Shown: positions 1-9,583 of the stretch, piece after piece | Position numbering within the stretch: the stretch's first letter is position 1 | How the letters are laid out: each line of letters opens with the position of its first letter | From: Oscillospiraceae bacterium | GTDB lineage: Bacteria; Bacillota; Clostridia; Oscillospirales; UBA929 | Direction: 5' to 3' | Assembly: GCA_031549735.1 (NCBI GenBank) | Contig: JAVBPF010000031.1 | Coordinates: forward strand, 1 to 42,066 | Length of the DNA stretch: 42,066 nt | Notes under the pieces: generated by a model | What the model saw: only the letters and a program-made list of their open reading frames with translations | Databases searched by the model: none | Told to the model about the DNA's origin: nothing | Translations under genes and position numbers: made by a program

Positions 1-447
1 ATTTTTCAGGATTTCCGTTTGATTGAAAATAAATCTGTTTACGAAAACGTCGCGTTTGCCATGCGCGTCGTCGGCGCGTCGCCCCGTGAAATCCGGCTGC
101 GCGTTCCATACGTACTGGATCTGGTGGGACTGACGCACAAATCCCGTCGCCGTCCGCACGAACTCTCGGGCGGAGAGCAGCAGCGGGTGGCCATTGCGCG
201 CGCCATCATAAACAATCCCAAAATGATCATTGCCGACGAGCCCACCGGCAATCTGGATCCGGCGCGCAGTTTGGAAATCATGACGCTTCTGGAGCGGATC
301 AACTCTCTGGGCACCACCGTATTGGCCGTCACGCACGAAAAAGAGCTGGTCAACCGCTTTTCCAAGCGTGTGGTCGCCATCAACAGCGGCAGTATCATCA
401 GCGACAGAACAGGTGGGTATTATCATTATGAAACGTCACGAGTCTAG
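1..447 (+). CDS. ftsE: Cell division ABC ATPase FtsE, 5'-truncated by the window edge
   Basis: Frame 1 is open from base 1 (IFQDFRLI). Has LSGGEQQRVAIARA signature, IADEPTGNLD Walker B/D-loop and VTH switch. Overlaps ftsX. Confidence 0.93.
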   Translation: MFQDFRLIENKSVYENVAFAMRVVGASPREIRLRVPYVLDLVGLTHKSRRRPHELSGGEQQRVAIARAIINNPKMIIADEPTGNLDPARSLEIMTLLERINSLGTTVLAVTHEKELVNRFSKRVVAINSGSIISDRTGGYYHYETSRV

Positions 448-1327
448 GTATTTTTTCCGTGAAGGCGTCCGCGGCATTTTTCTTCACGGTTTCATGAGTT
501 TTGCCGCTGTCGGTGTCATTGTGGCCTGTCTGCTCATTATGGGTAGTTTTGCCTTGGTCGCTTTCAATCTTGACCACATCATCGCGGGCATCCAGAGTGA
601 GACCGAGGTGCTGGTCTTTGTCGATGAGCGTTTTTCAGAGAACGAAGCGCGTGCTATAAAACCGCAGATCGACGCGCTGTCCAATGTGGCCGAATCGACC
701 TTTGTTACCAAAGATGAGGCTCTCGAGGAATTCAGCCGAAACGTTGACGCCGAATACAGCGAGACCATCAGCACCCTGAAGGGCAAGAATCCGCTACGCG
801 ACCGCTATGTGGTGCGCTTACGCTCCATTGAGGAGCTTGATCAGACGGTCACACTTCTGGAGGAAACAAAAGGCGTGGCGCGCGTGCTGGCTGACACCAA
901 CCTGGCGCAAAATCTCATCTCCACGCGTAGTGTCGTCAACACGGTTTGCCTGATTCTGATTATCGTGTTGATGGGCGTTTCGGTCTTCATTATTTCCAAC
1001 ACCATTCGTTTGGCCACCTACGCGCGCCGCGAGGAAATCGGCATCATGCGCATCGTGGGCGCCACCAAACGCTTTATTCGTCTGCCCTTTATGATCGAGG
1101 GCGCCATTTTGGGCCTTGTCGGCGCGTTCATCGCGTTTTTGCTACAGATGAATGTCTATTCCTTTATCACCGACCAGATCATTTCAGGTTTGGGCGGCGT
1201 CATGAGCATTCAGTCGATGCCGTTTTCCGATATCCTCTGGCCAGTTTTGGGCGTGTTCATATTGGCCGGCTTCCTCATTGGTGTCGGCGGCAGTACCGTG
1301 ACCATCCGCCGTTTCCTGAAAGTCTGA
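428..1327 (+). CDS. ftsX: Cell division permease FtsX
   Basis: One N-terminal TM helix, an extracellular domain, then three TM helices. ISNTIRL..ARREEIGIMRIVGAT..FIRLPF.IEG motif. ATG at 428 preferred over the ORF-track start at 368. Confidence 0.93.
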   Translation: MKRHESRYFFREGVRGIFLHGFMSFAAVGVIVACLLIMGSFALVAFNLDHIIAGIQSETEVLVFVDERFSENEARAIKPQIDALSNVAESTFVTKDEALEEFSRNVDAEYSETISTLKGKNPLRDRYVVRLRSIEELDQTVTLLEETKGVARVLADTNLAQNLISTRSVVNTVCLILIIVLMGVSVFIISNTIRLATYARREEIGIMRIVGATKRFIRLPFMIEGAILGLVGAFIAFLLQMNVYSFITDQIISGLGGVMSIQSMPFSDILWPVLGVFILAGFLIGVGGSTVTIRRFLKV

Positions 1328-1471
1328 CATTCTCTTTTTCCCGCTTGCTCTTTTTCCCTCTTGCCTCCTCCCCTATTTCTGTTATACAATAAATGATGAT
1401 TCATTTGCCCTTCCATGAAGGTGACCCATGAGTTTATTTTTGATTTTACATAGTAAGTGAGTTGATACGCT

Positions 1472-2701
1472 ATGAGCCGCAAAACCCGCATCCTCGCCAT
1501 TGTCATTGTTGTTATCATGTTGTTTGCCCTGTCTCTGGGGCTCATCATGTCCGTAGCGGCGCCGGCTACCGCCGCCCCCGGACCGGCAGAGCTGGATGTT
1601 CTGCGCGAAAACGCGGCCGCTCTGGCCGCACAGCGCGACAAATTGCAGACCGATCTTGATGCAACCCGGCAGCAGCATGCTTCCGCCATTGAGCAAAAGA
1701 CCGCGCTCGACAACCAGATCCAAAACACCGACGCCGAGATTGAGGCCGTCACCAGTCTCATTGACGCGCTGGATGCCCAAATCGCGGACAACGAGGCGGA
1801 GCTTGCGCAGGCCCTGTTGGACGAAGCCGATCAGGACGCGCTTTTCCGGGCCCGCGTGCGCGCCATGGAGGAGGCAGGCGACGCTCAGTACCTCGACGTG
1901 CTGCTCGGCGGCGACAGCTACTCCGACCTGCTGGGACGCATGGGCACCATGCAGGAAATCATGGAGTACGACCAGAGCATTCTGGCGCTCATGAAAGAAA
2001 CGCAGGATCGCATCAAGACAGCCCGCACGGCCCTGGACGCGGACTTGGCGGAGCAACAAACGGCCATGTCGAACTTGGACGACCTTCGCGGGGCGCTCTC
2101 CGGGCAGCTGGCCGACCAGATAAAAATGATTGAGGATCTCGAAAACGAAGAAACCACCGATTTGACGGCTATGGATGAAGCCGATGCCGCCCAGGATCAG
2201 ATTCAGGCGGAAATTGACGCGGCGCTGGCCGAAATCGCGCGTCAGGCCGCTGCGGCCAGCAACAGCGACGGCAGCAACGTCGTTAACGTCCCGGCCAACT
2301 TTGTAGGCGGCCAGTTCAACTGGCCGTTGCCCGGCTATTCCCGTATCAGCTCCTATTTCGGCAACCGCACCCATCCCGTCTATGGCAACACCCGTATGCA
2401 CACCGGTATCGACATCCCCGCCTCCAAGGGTACGCCGATCCACGCCTCCAACAGCGGCGTGGTCGCGACCGCCTCCTACAACGGCGGCTATGGCAACTGT
2501 GTAACCATCACCCATGGCGGCGGACTGCTCACCCTTTACGGTCACATGAGCAAAATCGCCGTTTCGTCTGGTGAGGCGGTTGAGGCCGGCGATGTCATCG
2601 GTTATGTCGGCAGTACTGGCGTCTCCACCGGCAATCACTTGCATTTCGAGGTGCGTCTCAACGGCAACCGCGTCGACCCTCTCGACTATGTCAGCCCGTA
2701 A
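1472..2701 (+). CDS. Coiled-coil plus M23 metallopeptidase (EnvC/CwlO-like FtsEX-associated murein hydrolase)
   Basis: Signal peptide, long coiled coil, and C-terminal M23 domain with intact HTGID and HLHFEV zinc ligands. Confidence 0.9.
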   Translation: MSRKTRILAIVIVVIMLFALSLGLIMSVAAPATAAPGPAELDVLRENAAALAAQRDKLQTDLDATRQQHASAIEQKTALDNQIQNTDAEIEAVTSLIDALDAQIADNEAELAQALLDEADQDALFRARVRAMEEAGDAQYLDVLLGGDSYSDLLGRMGTMQEIMEYDQSILALMKETQDRIKTARTALDADLAEQQTAMSNLDDLRGALSGQLADQIKMIEDLENEETTDLTAMDEADAAQDQIQAEIDAALAEIARQAAAASNSDGSNVVNVPANFVGGQFNWPLPGYSRISSYFGNRTHPVYGNTRMHTGIDIPASKGTPIHASNSGVVATASYNGGYGNCVTITHGGGLLTLYGHMSKIAVSSGEAVEAGDVIGYVGSTGVSTGNHLHFEVRLNGNRVDPLDYVSP

Positions 2702-2829
2702 TCGGCCGCTGTGGTCAACGGCGCACCTTTACCCCAGCGCCAAGATAACCACAATATAAACCTCCATGCCCGCCCCATTCGGGTGCCCGTTTGGGCGCCC
2801 GGTCGGTGTGGGCATGTATTTCTGTGAGG

Positions 2830-4047
2830 ATGGATCGGAAATTGAAAAAACACTTTACGCCCGGCACCGTATTCGCCATTTGCCTTTTGGTGGCCGCCTG
2901 CACCTATATCATTACCCTTACGACAGTAACAAATGAGCTCAACGCCGAGGTTATAAGACTCAATGAAGAGCGGACGGAGATCGAAAAATTCTTCAAAGCC
3001 CGTGAGATCATTCAGAAATCCTACGTGGGCGAGGTCGACGAAGACGCGTTGCTGGACGGCGCCATTGAAGGCATGGTGGACGCGCTGGGCGACCCTTATT
3101 CCCGCTATTACTCCGCCAAGCAGTACGAACGAGTGTCAAACGATCCAGGCAACCAATATGTGGGCATCGGCCTCACGGTCACACAGGACGACGGCGGACT
3201 TCTGGTCGTCGACGTCTATGACGGTTCGCCGGCCGCCCAGGCGGGCATTGCCCCGCGGGACGTCATCGTAAAAATCGACAACCGGGACATCGCGACCGCC
3301 AATTACGACGAAGCCCTTGCCATGCTGGGCGGGGACGAGGGCACCAAGGTGTCGCTCACTCTCTATCGCGCCTCGGACGATTCCACTGTCACTCTTTCGG
3401 TGGAACGCCGTATTTCAACCCGAAGAGCGGTCTCCTCCGAAATTCTCGAGGGGCCCAACCTGGGTATTGTACGCATTCTTCATTTTGAGGAGGGCGTTGA
3501 TTTAGAGTTCAACGACGCGGTGCGCAAGCTGCAAAACGCCCATGTTTCGGGCATCATATTCGACGTGCGCAACAACCCGGGCGGTCTGGCGGCGGTGCTC
3601 TGTTCCATGTTGGATACGCTTTTGCCCGAAGGAACCATCATGACCATACGCGGTAAGGGCGACAATGATCCGCCCCGAACCAGCGACGCGCTGTGTGTCG
3701 ATCTGCCCATGGCGGTTCTCATCAACGAGCGCACCTACAGCGCCGCCGAGCTTTTTGCCGCCGTTCTGCAGGAGTATACACAGGACGGTCTGGCCGACGT
3801 CACCTTGATCGGCGAAAAAACGACCGGCAAGGGTTTTGCTCAAACACCCAATGAACTCCCCGACAAAGCGGTGCTTTGGCTGTCCACCCGCGAGTATTTT
3901 ACCCCGCACGGCGCCAGTCTGGCAGACACCGGCGTTGTCCCCGACGAGGTCATTGTTTTGACGCAGGACGAGAAGGAACGGTTTTCTTTCCTCACGTTTG
4001 AGCAGGATCGTCAGCTGCAGGCCGCCATTCGTCTGCTGAGCGAATGA
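2830..4047 (+). CDS. S41 family C-terminal processing protease with PDZ domain (CtpA/CtpB-like)
   Basis: N-terminal TM, LGDPYS, GIG..V and GSPA (PDZ), DVRNNPGG, catalytic YSAAE and TTGKG. Start uncertain: ATG 2830 or TTG 2842. Confidence 0.9.
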   Translation: MDRKLKKHFTPGTVFAICLLVAACTYIITLTTVTNELNAEVIRLNEERTEIEKFFKAREIIQKSYVGEVDEDALLDGAIEGMVDALGDPYSRYYSAKQYERVSNDPGNQYVGIGLTVTQDDGGLLVVDVYDGSPAAQAGIAPRDVIVKIDNRDIATANYDEALAMLGGDEGTKVSLTLYRASDDSTVTLSVERRISTRRAVSSEILEGPNLGIVRILHFEEGVDLEFNDAVRKLQNAHVSGIIFDVRNNPGGLAAVLCSMLDTLLPEGTIMTIRGKGDNDPPRTSDALCVDLPMAVLINERTYSAAELFAAVLQEYTQDGLADVTLIGEKTTGKGFAQTPNELPDKAVLWLSTREYFTPHGASLADTGVVPDEVIVLTQDEKERFSFLTFEQDRQLQAAIRLLSE

Positions 4048-4075
4048 CATCATAGATTGTCGATGGTTTCGTACC

Positions 4076-4106
4076 AAAGCACCTCCCGGACAGCGGGGGG
4101 TGCTTT
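4076..4106 (+). terminator. Probable intrinsic terminator after the S41 protease gene
   Basis: 13-bp stem aaagcacctcccg/cggggggtgcttt with a short U tail. Confidence 0.6.
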
Positions 4107-4256
4107 GCCTATCTCAATAGTTCTACGCGACATTTTGAGCCGTCTTGTCCCAGCCTTTCTCTCCGACGACCGCTCTCATATTCGATTCTAAATCCCCTCC
4201 TTGAGCCGTATACTGGTGACGTTACCGCTTGCGGAAAGGCGGGTGAGCCCGGGATT

Positions 4257-5105
4257 ATGACAGCTCTCATTCAAATGGCACGCCTGCCTGGCCGCACCGG
4301 ATGGCGGGCTCGTTTTTCTTCCCATCGACGCGACCCGCCTTATCGTCTCGCCGAGCGCACATGTACCCGGGCACGCGTTTGGGAAGCCGTTCTTATGCTG
4401 ACAGGCCACGCGAGTTCCGACGCACAGCGAGCGGAGCAACTGTTGCAGTCGTTGGCCGAGCGCCATACCCGATATATCGTCGCGCCCGACGACTTTCCCT
4501 ATGGGGCACAATTCCCCGCCTTCGGCATTCGTATCCCCAGTCCGCTGCCTCTGTATCGGCGATTGGCCGCGCGGCTGGCCGTCTCCGCCGCCGAACAGCT
4601 GGGCTGGCAGCCGCCTGAGCTGCACATCGCGCTCCATGGCCAATCCCTTTCATCGGATATGGTTTTGGCCGCCGAGCAGCTTTGCAGACACGCGCGATGC
4701 CTCTCCCTTTGCACTGGGCGCGACGCCTCCACCTTCTGTCTGGCCCTGCAGCGGCGCTATGGCGTGTCCGTCTTTGCGCACCCTCCCGCCGCCGAGCTGC
4801 AGCGCTGCCGGCTGCACCTGCTGTTTGACCCCCCCGACGAATCCTTTTCCCGGATCCTTGCCTCCGACACCCGGATTCTTCCGCTTTTTGAAGAGTCTCC
4901 CGCCCGAGCACGCGGTGTCGCCTGGCTCTCCGTTGACCTGCGTCCGCCTGCGCCTTTTCGGGCACTGTTCGCAGACGCGCTGCCCCCGGAGCCGCTTCTG
5001 GCCGCGCTCTTTGCCGAGGGCCAGCTGACAACAGGAGACTTTCTTTCCGGCGATTTTCGGTTTTTTTCTCCCTCGTTTTCGTCTGGTTTTGTCGAAACTG
5101 CGTAA
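4257..5105 (+). CDS. Hypothetical protein, possibly a degenerate shikimate-dehydrogenase-like Rossmann fold
   Basis: 282-aa ORF fills the gap between a terminator and the greA promoter. The segment LHIALHGQ...CRHARCLSLCTGRD...LQRRYGVSV resembles an alpha/beta NAD-binding-like region without a GxGxxG motif. Confidence 0.55.
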   Translation: MTALIQMARLPGRTGWRARFSSHRRDPPYRLAERTCTRARVWEAVLMLTGHASSDAQRAEQLLQSLAERHTRYIVAPDDFPYGAQFPAFGIRIPSPLPLYRRLAARLAVSAAEQLGWQPPELHIALHGQSLSSDMVLAAEQLCRHARCLSLCTGRDASTFCLALQRRYGVSVFAHPPAAELQRCRLHLLFDPPDESFSRILASDTRILPLFEESPARARGVAWLSVDLRPPAPFRALFADALPPEPLLAALFAEGQLTTGDFLSGDFRFFSPSFSSGFVETA

Positions 5106-5158
5106 ACGGAGCGTCAAATTCGTGGGAATTTTTAGCGAGCGTGCAGAGGTCTTCACTC

Positions 5159-5187
5159 TTGACAAATGCCCGATGCAACCTTATACT
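5159..5187 (+). promoter_or_regulatory. SigA-type promoter of greA
   Basis: TTGACA-17 bp-TATACT. Confidence 0.8.
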
Positions 5188-5341
5188 AATGACTAATGCC
5201 ATGAATGACTTTCCATTTTCGGGCGTCATACCGGCGGTTTTTCGCGATGTTCCGCTGTCTGCGGCACCGTTCAATCCCCTCCATAATATCCCTTCATTTT
5301 TTGGGTACACGCATTTTTTGCAGGCAGGTGACTGAAAGAAC

Positions 5342-5815
5342 ATGAACAAGACTTATAAACTTACCGCCGAACGTCTGCAGGAGCTGCAGAACGAACTGAA
5401 CTATATCCGTACCGTCCGCGAGCGGGAAATCGCCGAACAAATCAAGGAAGCGCGTTCCTTTGGCGATTTATCGGAAAACTGTGAATACGACGAAGCCAAA
5501 AACGAACAGGGCAAGGTCTTTTCCCGGATGGTCGAGCTGGAGAACATCATCTCTCACGCCGTCATCATTGAAAAGGACAATTTACCCTGTGATTCGGTTG
5601 TGACCGGCTGCCGCGTCGCGGTCACCGACCTTGATTCCCGCGAACGTGAAATCTACACACTGGTCGGCTCACAGGAAGCCAATCCGTTGCAGAGCCTCAT
5701 ATCGGATGAGTCACCCTTCGGCCGCGCGCTGTTGGGGGGGCACATCGGCGATACCGTCGCCTTTGAGGTTCCGGCCGGTACGCTCCGATATCAAATCGAG
5801 AGCATTGAAGTATAA
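5342..5815 (+). CDS. greA: Transcription elongation factor GreA
   Basis: EARSFGDLSENCEYDEAK motif and ISDESPFGRALLG. Confidence 0.96.
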   Translation: MNKTYKLTAERLQELQNELNYIRTVREREIAEQIKEARSFGDLSENCEYDEAKNEQGKVFSRMVELENIISHAVIIEKDNLPCDSVVTGCRVAVTDLDSREREIYTLVGSQEANPLQSLISDESPFGRALLGGHIGDTVAFEVPAGTLRYQIESIEV

Positions 5816-5824
5816 GTCTCTATT

Positions 5825-5870
5825 CGATTGTTGGGTGAATGTTTCTCATCCAACAATCGTCCTTTTTCTT
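5825..5870 (+). terminator. Intrinsic terminator between greA and lysS
   Basis: 14-bp stem cgattgttgggtga/tcatccaacaatcg followed by tcctttttctt. Confidence 0.6.
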
Positions 5871-5919
5871 GGGTAAACACTGATGCAATATGCAAACCAA
5901 CATTTAGGAGTTGAACACC

Positions 5920-7416
5920 GTGTCCGAAACCATTGAAAGCCTGTCCGAGCTGCTTGCCATTCGGCGGGACAAGCTCCAGACCCTCCGGGACGAAGGGCAG
6001 GATCCCTTCCGACTGACTTCCTTTGATGTGGATGCCTACAGCGCCGACATTCTCGCTGACTTTGAGCAAATGGACGGAAAAACCGTCGCCCTGGCCGGAC
6101 GGATCATGTCAAAACGGGACATGGGAAAGGCCTTTTTTTGTGATTTACTCGACACCAAGGGACGTATTCAATTGTATGCCAAGGTGGACGATCTGGGCGA
6201 GGACGCGTTCGCGCGCCTGAAAAAGATGGACATCGGCGACATTGCCGGTGTGACCGGATTGGTCTTTCGTACCCGGCGCGGTGAGATTTCGGTGCACTGC
6301 CACACGCTCACCTTGCTGTCCAAGTCATTGCGCCCGCTGCCTGAGAAATACCACGGTTTGACCGACACCGAGCTGCGTTACCGCCAGCGCTATGTCGACC
6401 TCATCATGAATCCCGACGTGCGGCGCACGTTTGAAATCCGAAGCCTTCTGACACGCGGCATCCGCAACTTCCTCGATGCCCGGGGCTATCTGGAGGTCGA
6501 GACGCCGGTGCTCAGCTCCATTTCGGGCGGCGCCAACGCTCGCCCCTTCATCACGCATCACAACACGCTGGATCTCGACCTCTATCTGCGCATCGCCACC
6601 GAGCTGCATCTGAAACGGCTCATCGTGGGCGGGTTTGACCGCGTCTATGAAATCGGGCGGATTTTCCGCAACGAGGGTATGTCGGTCAAGCACAACCCCG
6701 AGTTCACCACCATCGAGCTGTACGAGGCCTACATGAACTGCGACGGGATGATGGCGCTGACCGAGAACATGCTGTCGTCGGTCGCCGTCGATATTCTGGG
6801 CTCCGACACGCTGCCCTACGGCGAGGAGTCCATCTGTCTCAAAACCCCCTGGCGGCGGCTCTCGATGGCGGACGCCGTCAAAGAAGTCACCGGGATTGAT
6901 TTTCTCTCCTTCGATTCGGACGCGCAGGCCAAAGCGGCCGCCGAAAGCATCGGTGTGTTCGGCGCGGCCGACCTCACTTGGGGTGGCTGGCTCTATGAGT
7001 GCTTCGATCAGAAAGTCGAAGAGCAGCTGGTTCAGCCCACTTTCATCACGCGGCATCCGGTCGAGGTGTCACCGCTGGCCAAGCGCTGCGCCGACGACCC
7101 GCGTCTGGCCGACCGATTCGAGCTGTTCATCACGCGCCGCGAAATGGCCAACGCCTTTTCCGAGCTCAACGACCCCATTGACCAGCGCGCCCGCTTCCTG
7201 CGTCAGGCCGCGCTGCGCGCCGCCGGCGACGAGGAGGCCGGTATGATGGATGAGGACTTCCTGACCGCGCTGGAGTACGGTATGCCGCCCACCGCCGGCT
7301 GCGGCATCGGCATTGACCGCATGGCCATGCTGTTTACAAACAGTCCCTCCATTCGCGACGTCATCTTTTTCCCCACGATGAAGCCTCTGCCCGAGGGCAC
7401 CGAGGCGCCGCTATGA
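5920..7416 (+). CDS. lysS: Lysine--tRNA ligase (class II)
   Basis: OB fold, RYRQRYVDL, LRIATELHLKRL, FRNEG..HNPEFT, YGMPPTAG.GIGIDR. GTG at 5920 follows an AGGAG RBS. Confidence 0.97.
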   Translation: MSETIESLSELLAIRRDKLQTLRDEGQDPFRLTSFDVDAYSADILADFEQMDGKTVALAGRIMSKRDMGKAFFCDLLDTKGRIQLYAKVDDLGEDAFARLKKMDIGDIAGVTGLVFRTRRGEISVHCHTLTLLSKSLRPLPEKYHGLTDTELRYRQRYVDLIMNPDVRRTFEIRSLLTRGIRNFLDARGYLEVETPVLSSISGGANARPFITHHNTLDLDLYLRIATELHLKRLIVGGFDRVYEIGRIFRNEGMSVKHNPEFTTIELYEAYMNCDGMMALTENMLSSVAVDILGSDTLPYGEESICLKTPWRRLSMADAVKEVTGIDFLSFDSDAQAKAAAESIGVFGAADLTWGGWLYECFDQKVEEQLVQPTFITRHPVEVSPLAKRCADDPRLADRFELFITRREMANAFSELNDPIDQRARFLRQAALRAAGDEEAGMMDEDFLTALEYGMPPTAGCGIGIDRMAMLFTNSPSIRDVIFFPTMKPLPEGTEAPL

Positions 7417-7511
7417 GCGTGACGCCCGATACAGTCCGACGCGAACGATTGGCCGAAACTGGCCGGGATTTCCGCCTGTGCCGCTGTGAACCGAGGACGG
7501 TGATCGGATGA
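7413..7511 (+). CDS. Candidate 32-aa small ORF (MSVTPDTVRRERLAETGRDFRLCRCEPRTVIG)
   Basis: Starts in an ATGA overlap with the lysS stop and ends in an ATGA overlap with the TrmH-gene start. GAGG lies 7 nt upstream. Confidence 0.3.
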   Translation: MSVTPDTVRRERLAETGRDFRLCRCEPRTVIG

Positions 7512-8257
7512 CCACTCACAGAATCACCAGCCGGAAGAACCCGCTTGTGCAATCCTGTGTCAAACTGTCCCGCGACCGCACGGCGCGGCGCGCCTGCGGA
7601 CTTTTGTTGGGCGACAGCTTTCTTCTGTTGGAGGAAGTGCCTCATGCGCTTCTCACCACCGTTATTTTCGCGGCGGGCGTCACATTGCCGTCTCTGCCCG
7701 ATACGGTGGAACGGGTGGAGGTGCCCGACGATCTTCTCGCCTATCTGTCCCCCTCCGCATCGCCTGAGGGCGTTGTGTTTTTGGCCAAGATCCCGCCCCT
7801 GCTCACCGGCGAGCCGCCGGTTCGGGGACGGCACCTCTATTTGGAGGGATTGCAGGATCCGGGCAACGTGGGCTCTATTCTGCGCAGCGCCCGCGCCTTT
7901 GGGTGCGATTCGGTTCTTTTGGATGTCAAAGCGGCCGACCCTTTCTCTCCCAAAGCCCTTCGAGCCTCGATGGGCGCTGCCTTTCATGTCCCGATACGGG
8001 AAGTCACCGCGACCGACGCCTTTTTTGCGTCGTGCCGGCTGTCGGTCTGCGCCACCGTACCCCACGACGACGCCATACGCGCTCAGGATATGACGTGGGA
8101 CGACACGCTGGTTCTTCTGGGCAACGAGGGCAACGGCCTGAGTGATAAGCTTCTGGCGCGCGCCGACCGACGGGTCACCGTCCCGATGGCGCCCGGCTGC
8201 GAGTCGCTGGGCGTTGCCGCCTGTGCGGCCATCCTGCTCTGGGAAATGTCAAGGTAA
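7508..8257 (+). CDS. TrmH/SpoU family RNA 2'-O-methyltransferase
   Basis: LQDPGNVGSILRSA, RASMGA, LGNEGNGL and ESLGVA SPOUT motifs. Confidence 0.92.
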   Translation: MTTHRITSRKNPLVQSCVKLSRDRTARRACGLLLGDSFLLLEEVPHALLTTVIFAAGVTLPSLPDTVERVEVPDDLLAYLSPSASPEGVVFLAKIPPLLTGEPPVRGRHLYLEGLQDPGNVGSILRSARAFGCDSVLLDVKAADPFSPKALRASMGAAFHVPIREVTATDAFFASCRLSVCATVPHDDAIRAQDMTWDDTLVLLGNEGNGLSDKLLARADRRVTVPMAPGCESLGVAACAAILLWEMSR

Positions 8258-8343
8258 TCGCTGATAGCCTCTGATTTTGAGTATTCCCTTTTTCGTTGTT
8301 TCACGCTCCATCATCTCATTCCGAGGGGGTGACCGAACTGTCG

Positions 8344-9582
8344 ATGAAATACTGGCTTTGGCTGGCCAATCTACCCACGCTCAACGCCCGCAAGCGAAAC
8401 GACCTGCTCTACCGCTTCGGCACGCCCGAGAACCTCTTTTTCGCCGACGAGCAGGAACTGGTCGGCCCGGAAGGGCTCACCTCTGCCGAGCGACGCGACA
8501 TCATGTCGCACGACCTCTCGACGGCCGAACTCATTCTGGAGCAGTGCGAATCGAAGGGTATCCGGCTTCTCACCCAGCAGGACGCGCTGTACCCCGAGCG
8601 GCTGAAAAACATTTTTGATCCGCCCTGCGTGCTGTATTACAAAGGCAAGCTTCCGTCCCTAGACGAGGAGGCGGCGCTGTGCGTCGTCGGTTCGCGTTCG
8701 GCCTCACCCTATGGCCAGCAGGCCGCGTCGCGCTTGGCCTATGGACTGGCGCGCGCCGGCGTTGTCATTGTTTCGGGACTGGCGCGCGGCATCGACGCGT
8801 GCGCCCACATCGCCGCGCTGCAGGCCGGCGCGTTTACTGTCGCGGTGCTGGGCTGCGGTGTGGATGTTGTCTATCCCGCCGACAACACCAAGCTGTATCA
8901 CGACATCGCGGCCACCGGTCTTCTGCTGAGCGAGTACCCGCCCGGCACCCGTGCCATCGGTTCCCATTTTCCGGTGCGCAACCGTCTGCTCAGCGGTCTT
9001 TCGCTGGGCACACTGGTTGTCGAAGCGCCCGCGCATTCGGGCTCGCTGATTACGGCGCGCTATGCGTTGGAGCAGGGCCGCGACGTGTTCGCCGTCCCGG
9101 GCAACATCGACTCTCCCGAGAGCCGCGGTGCCAACGCGCTCATTCAGGCGGGTGCGCAGCTGGTCTGTGAGCCGTCCGACATTCTGAAGGAATATGCGGC
9201 GCTCTACCCGCAGAAAATCATCGAGAGAAACTTCGCGCCGCAGGACATCGTCACCTATCCCGGCGCACGTGACGAACCTTCCGGCCTGCTGACGGTGGCC
9301 GACAACCAAAAGGTGCCCGTCGCTTCGAAAAAGACCAAAGCGGCGGTGACGCCCGCGCCGAAGCCCATCGATCTTTCGCCGCTGCTGGAGCGCTTTTCCG
9401 AAGCCGGTCAGGCCGTTCTGGTTTCTCTGGTCGGAGCGCCCAAAAACGCCGACGAAATTGCCCGCGCCGTCTCGCTGCCCATATCGCGTGTGCTGCGCGA
9501 GCTGACCATGCTCGAACTCGAAGGCATCCTCACGGCTCTGCCCGGCGGACGCTATTCATTGTCTTTGGAGGAAGATCAATAA
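8344..9582 (+). CDS. dprA: DNA-processing protein DprA
   Basis: VVGSR, IVSGLARGIDA, FPVRNRLLSGLS, VVEA..SGSLITA and a C-terminal winged helix (LELEG). Confidence 0.95.
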   Translation: MKYWLWLANLPTLNARKRNDLLYRFGTPENLFFADEQELVGPEGLTSAERRDIMSHDLSTAELILEQCESKGIRLLTQQDALYPERLKNIFDPPCVLYYKGKLPSLDEEAALCVVGSRSASPYGQQAASRLAYGLARAGVVIVSGLARGIDACAHIAALQAGAFTVAVLGCGVDVVYPADNTKLYHDIAATGLLLSEYPPGTRAIGSHFPVRNRLLSGLSLGTLVVEAPAHSGSLITARYALEQGRDVFAVPGNIDSPESRGANALIQAGAQLVCEPSDILKEYAALYPQKIIERNFAPQDIVTYPGARDEPSGLLTVADNQKVPVASKKTKAAVTPAPKPIDLSPLLERFSEAGQAVLVSLVGAPKNADEIARAVSLPISRVLRELTMLELEGILTALPGGRYSLSLEEDQ

Positions 9583-9583
9583 C

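Noticed and set aside
1328-1471. c-di-AMP riboswitch before the cell-wall hydrolase gene
   Set aside because: No GCUGAA...GGAACGGGG-type core. Only an AT-rich promoter-like region (TTGCCT-18-TACAAT) is visible.
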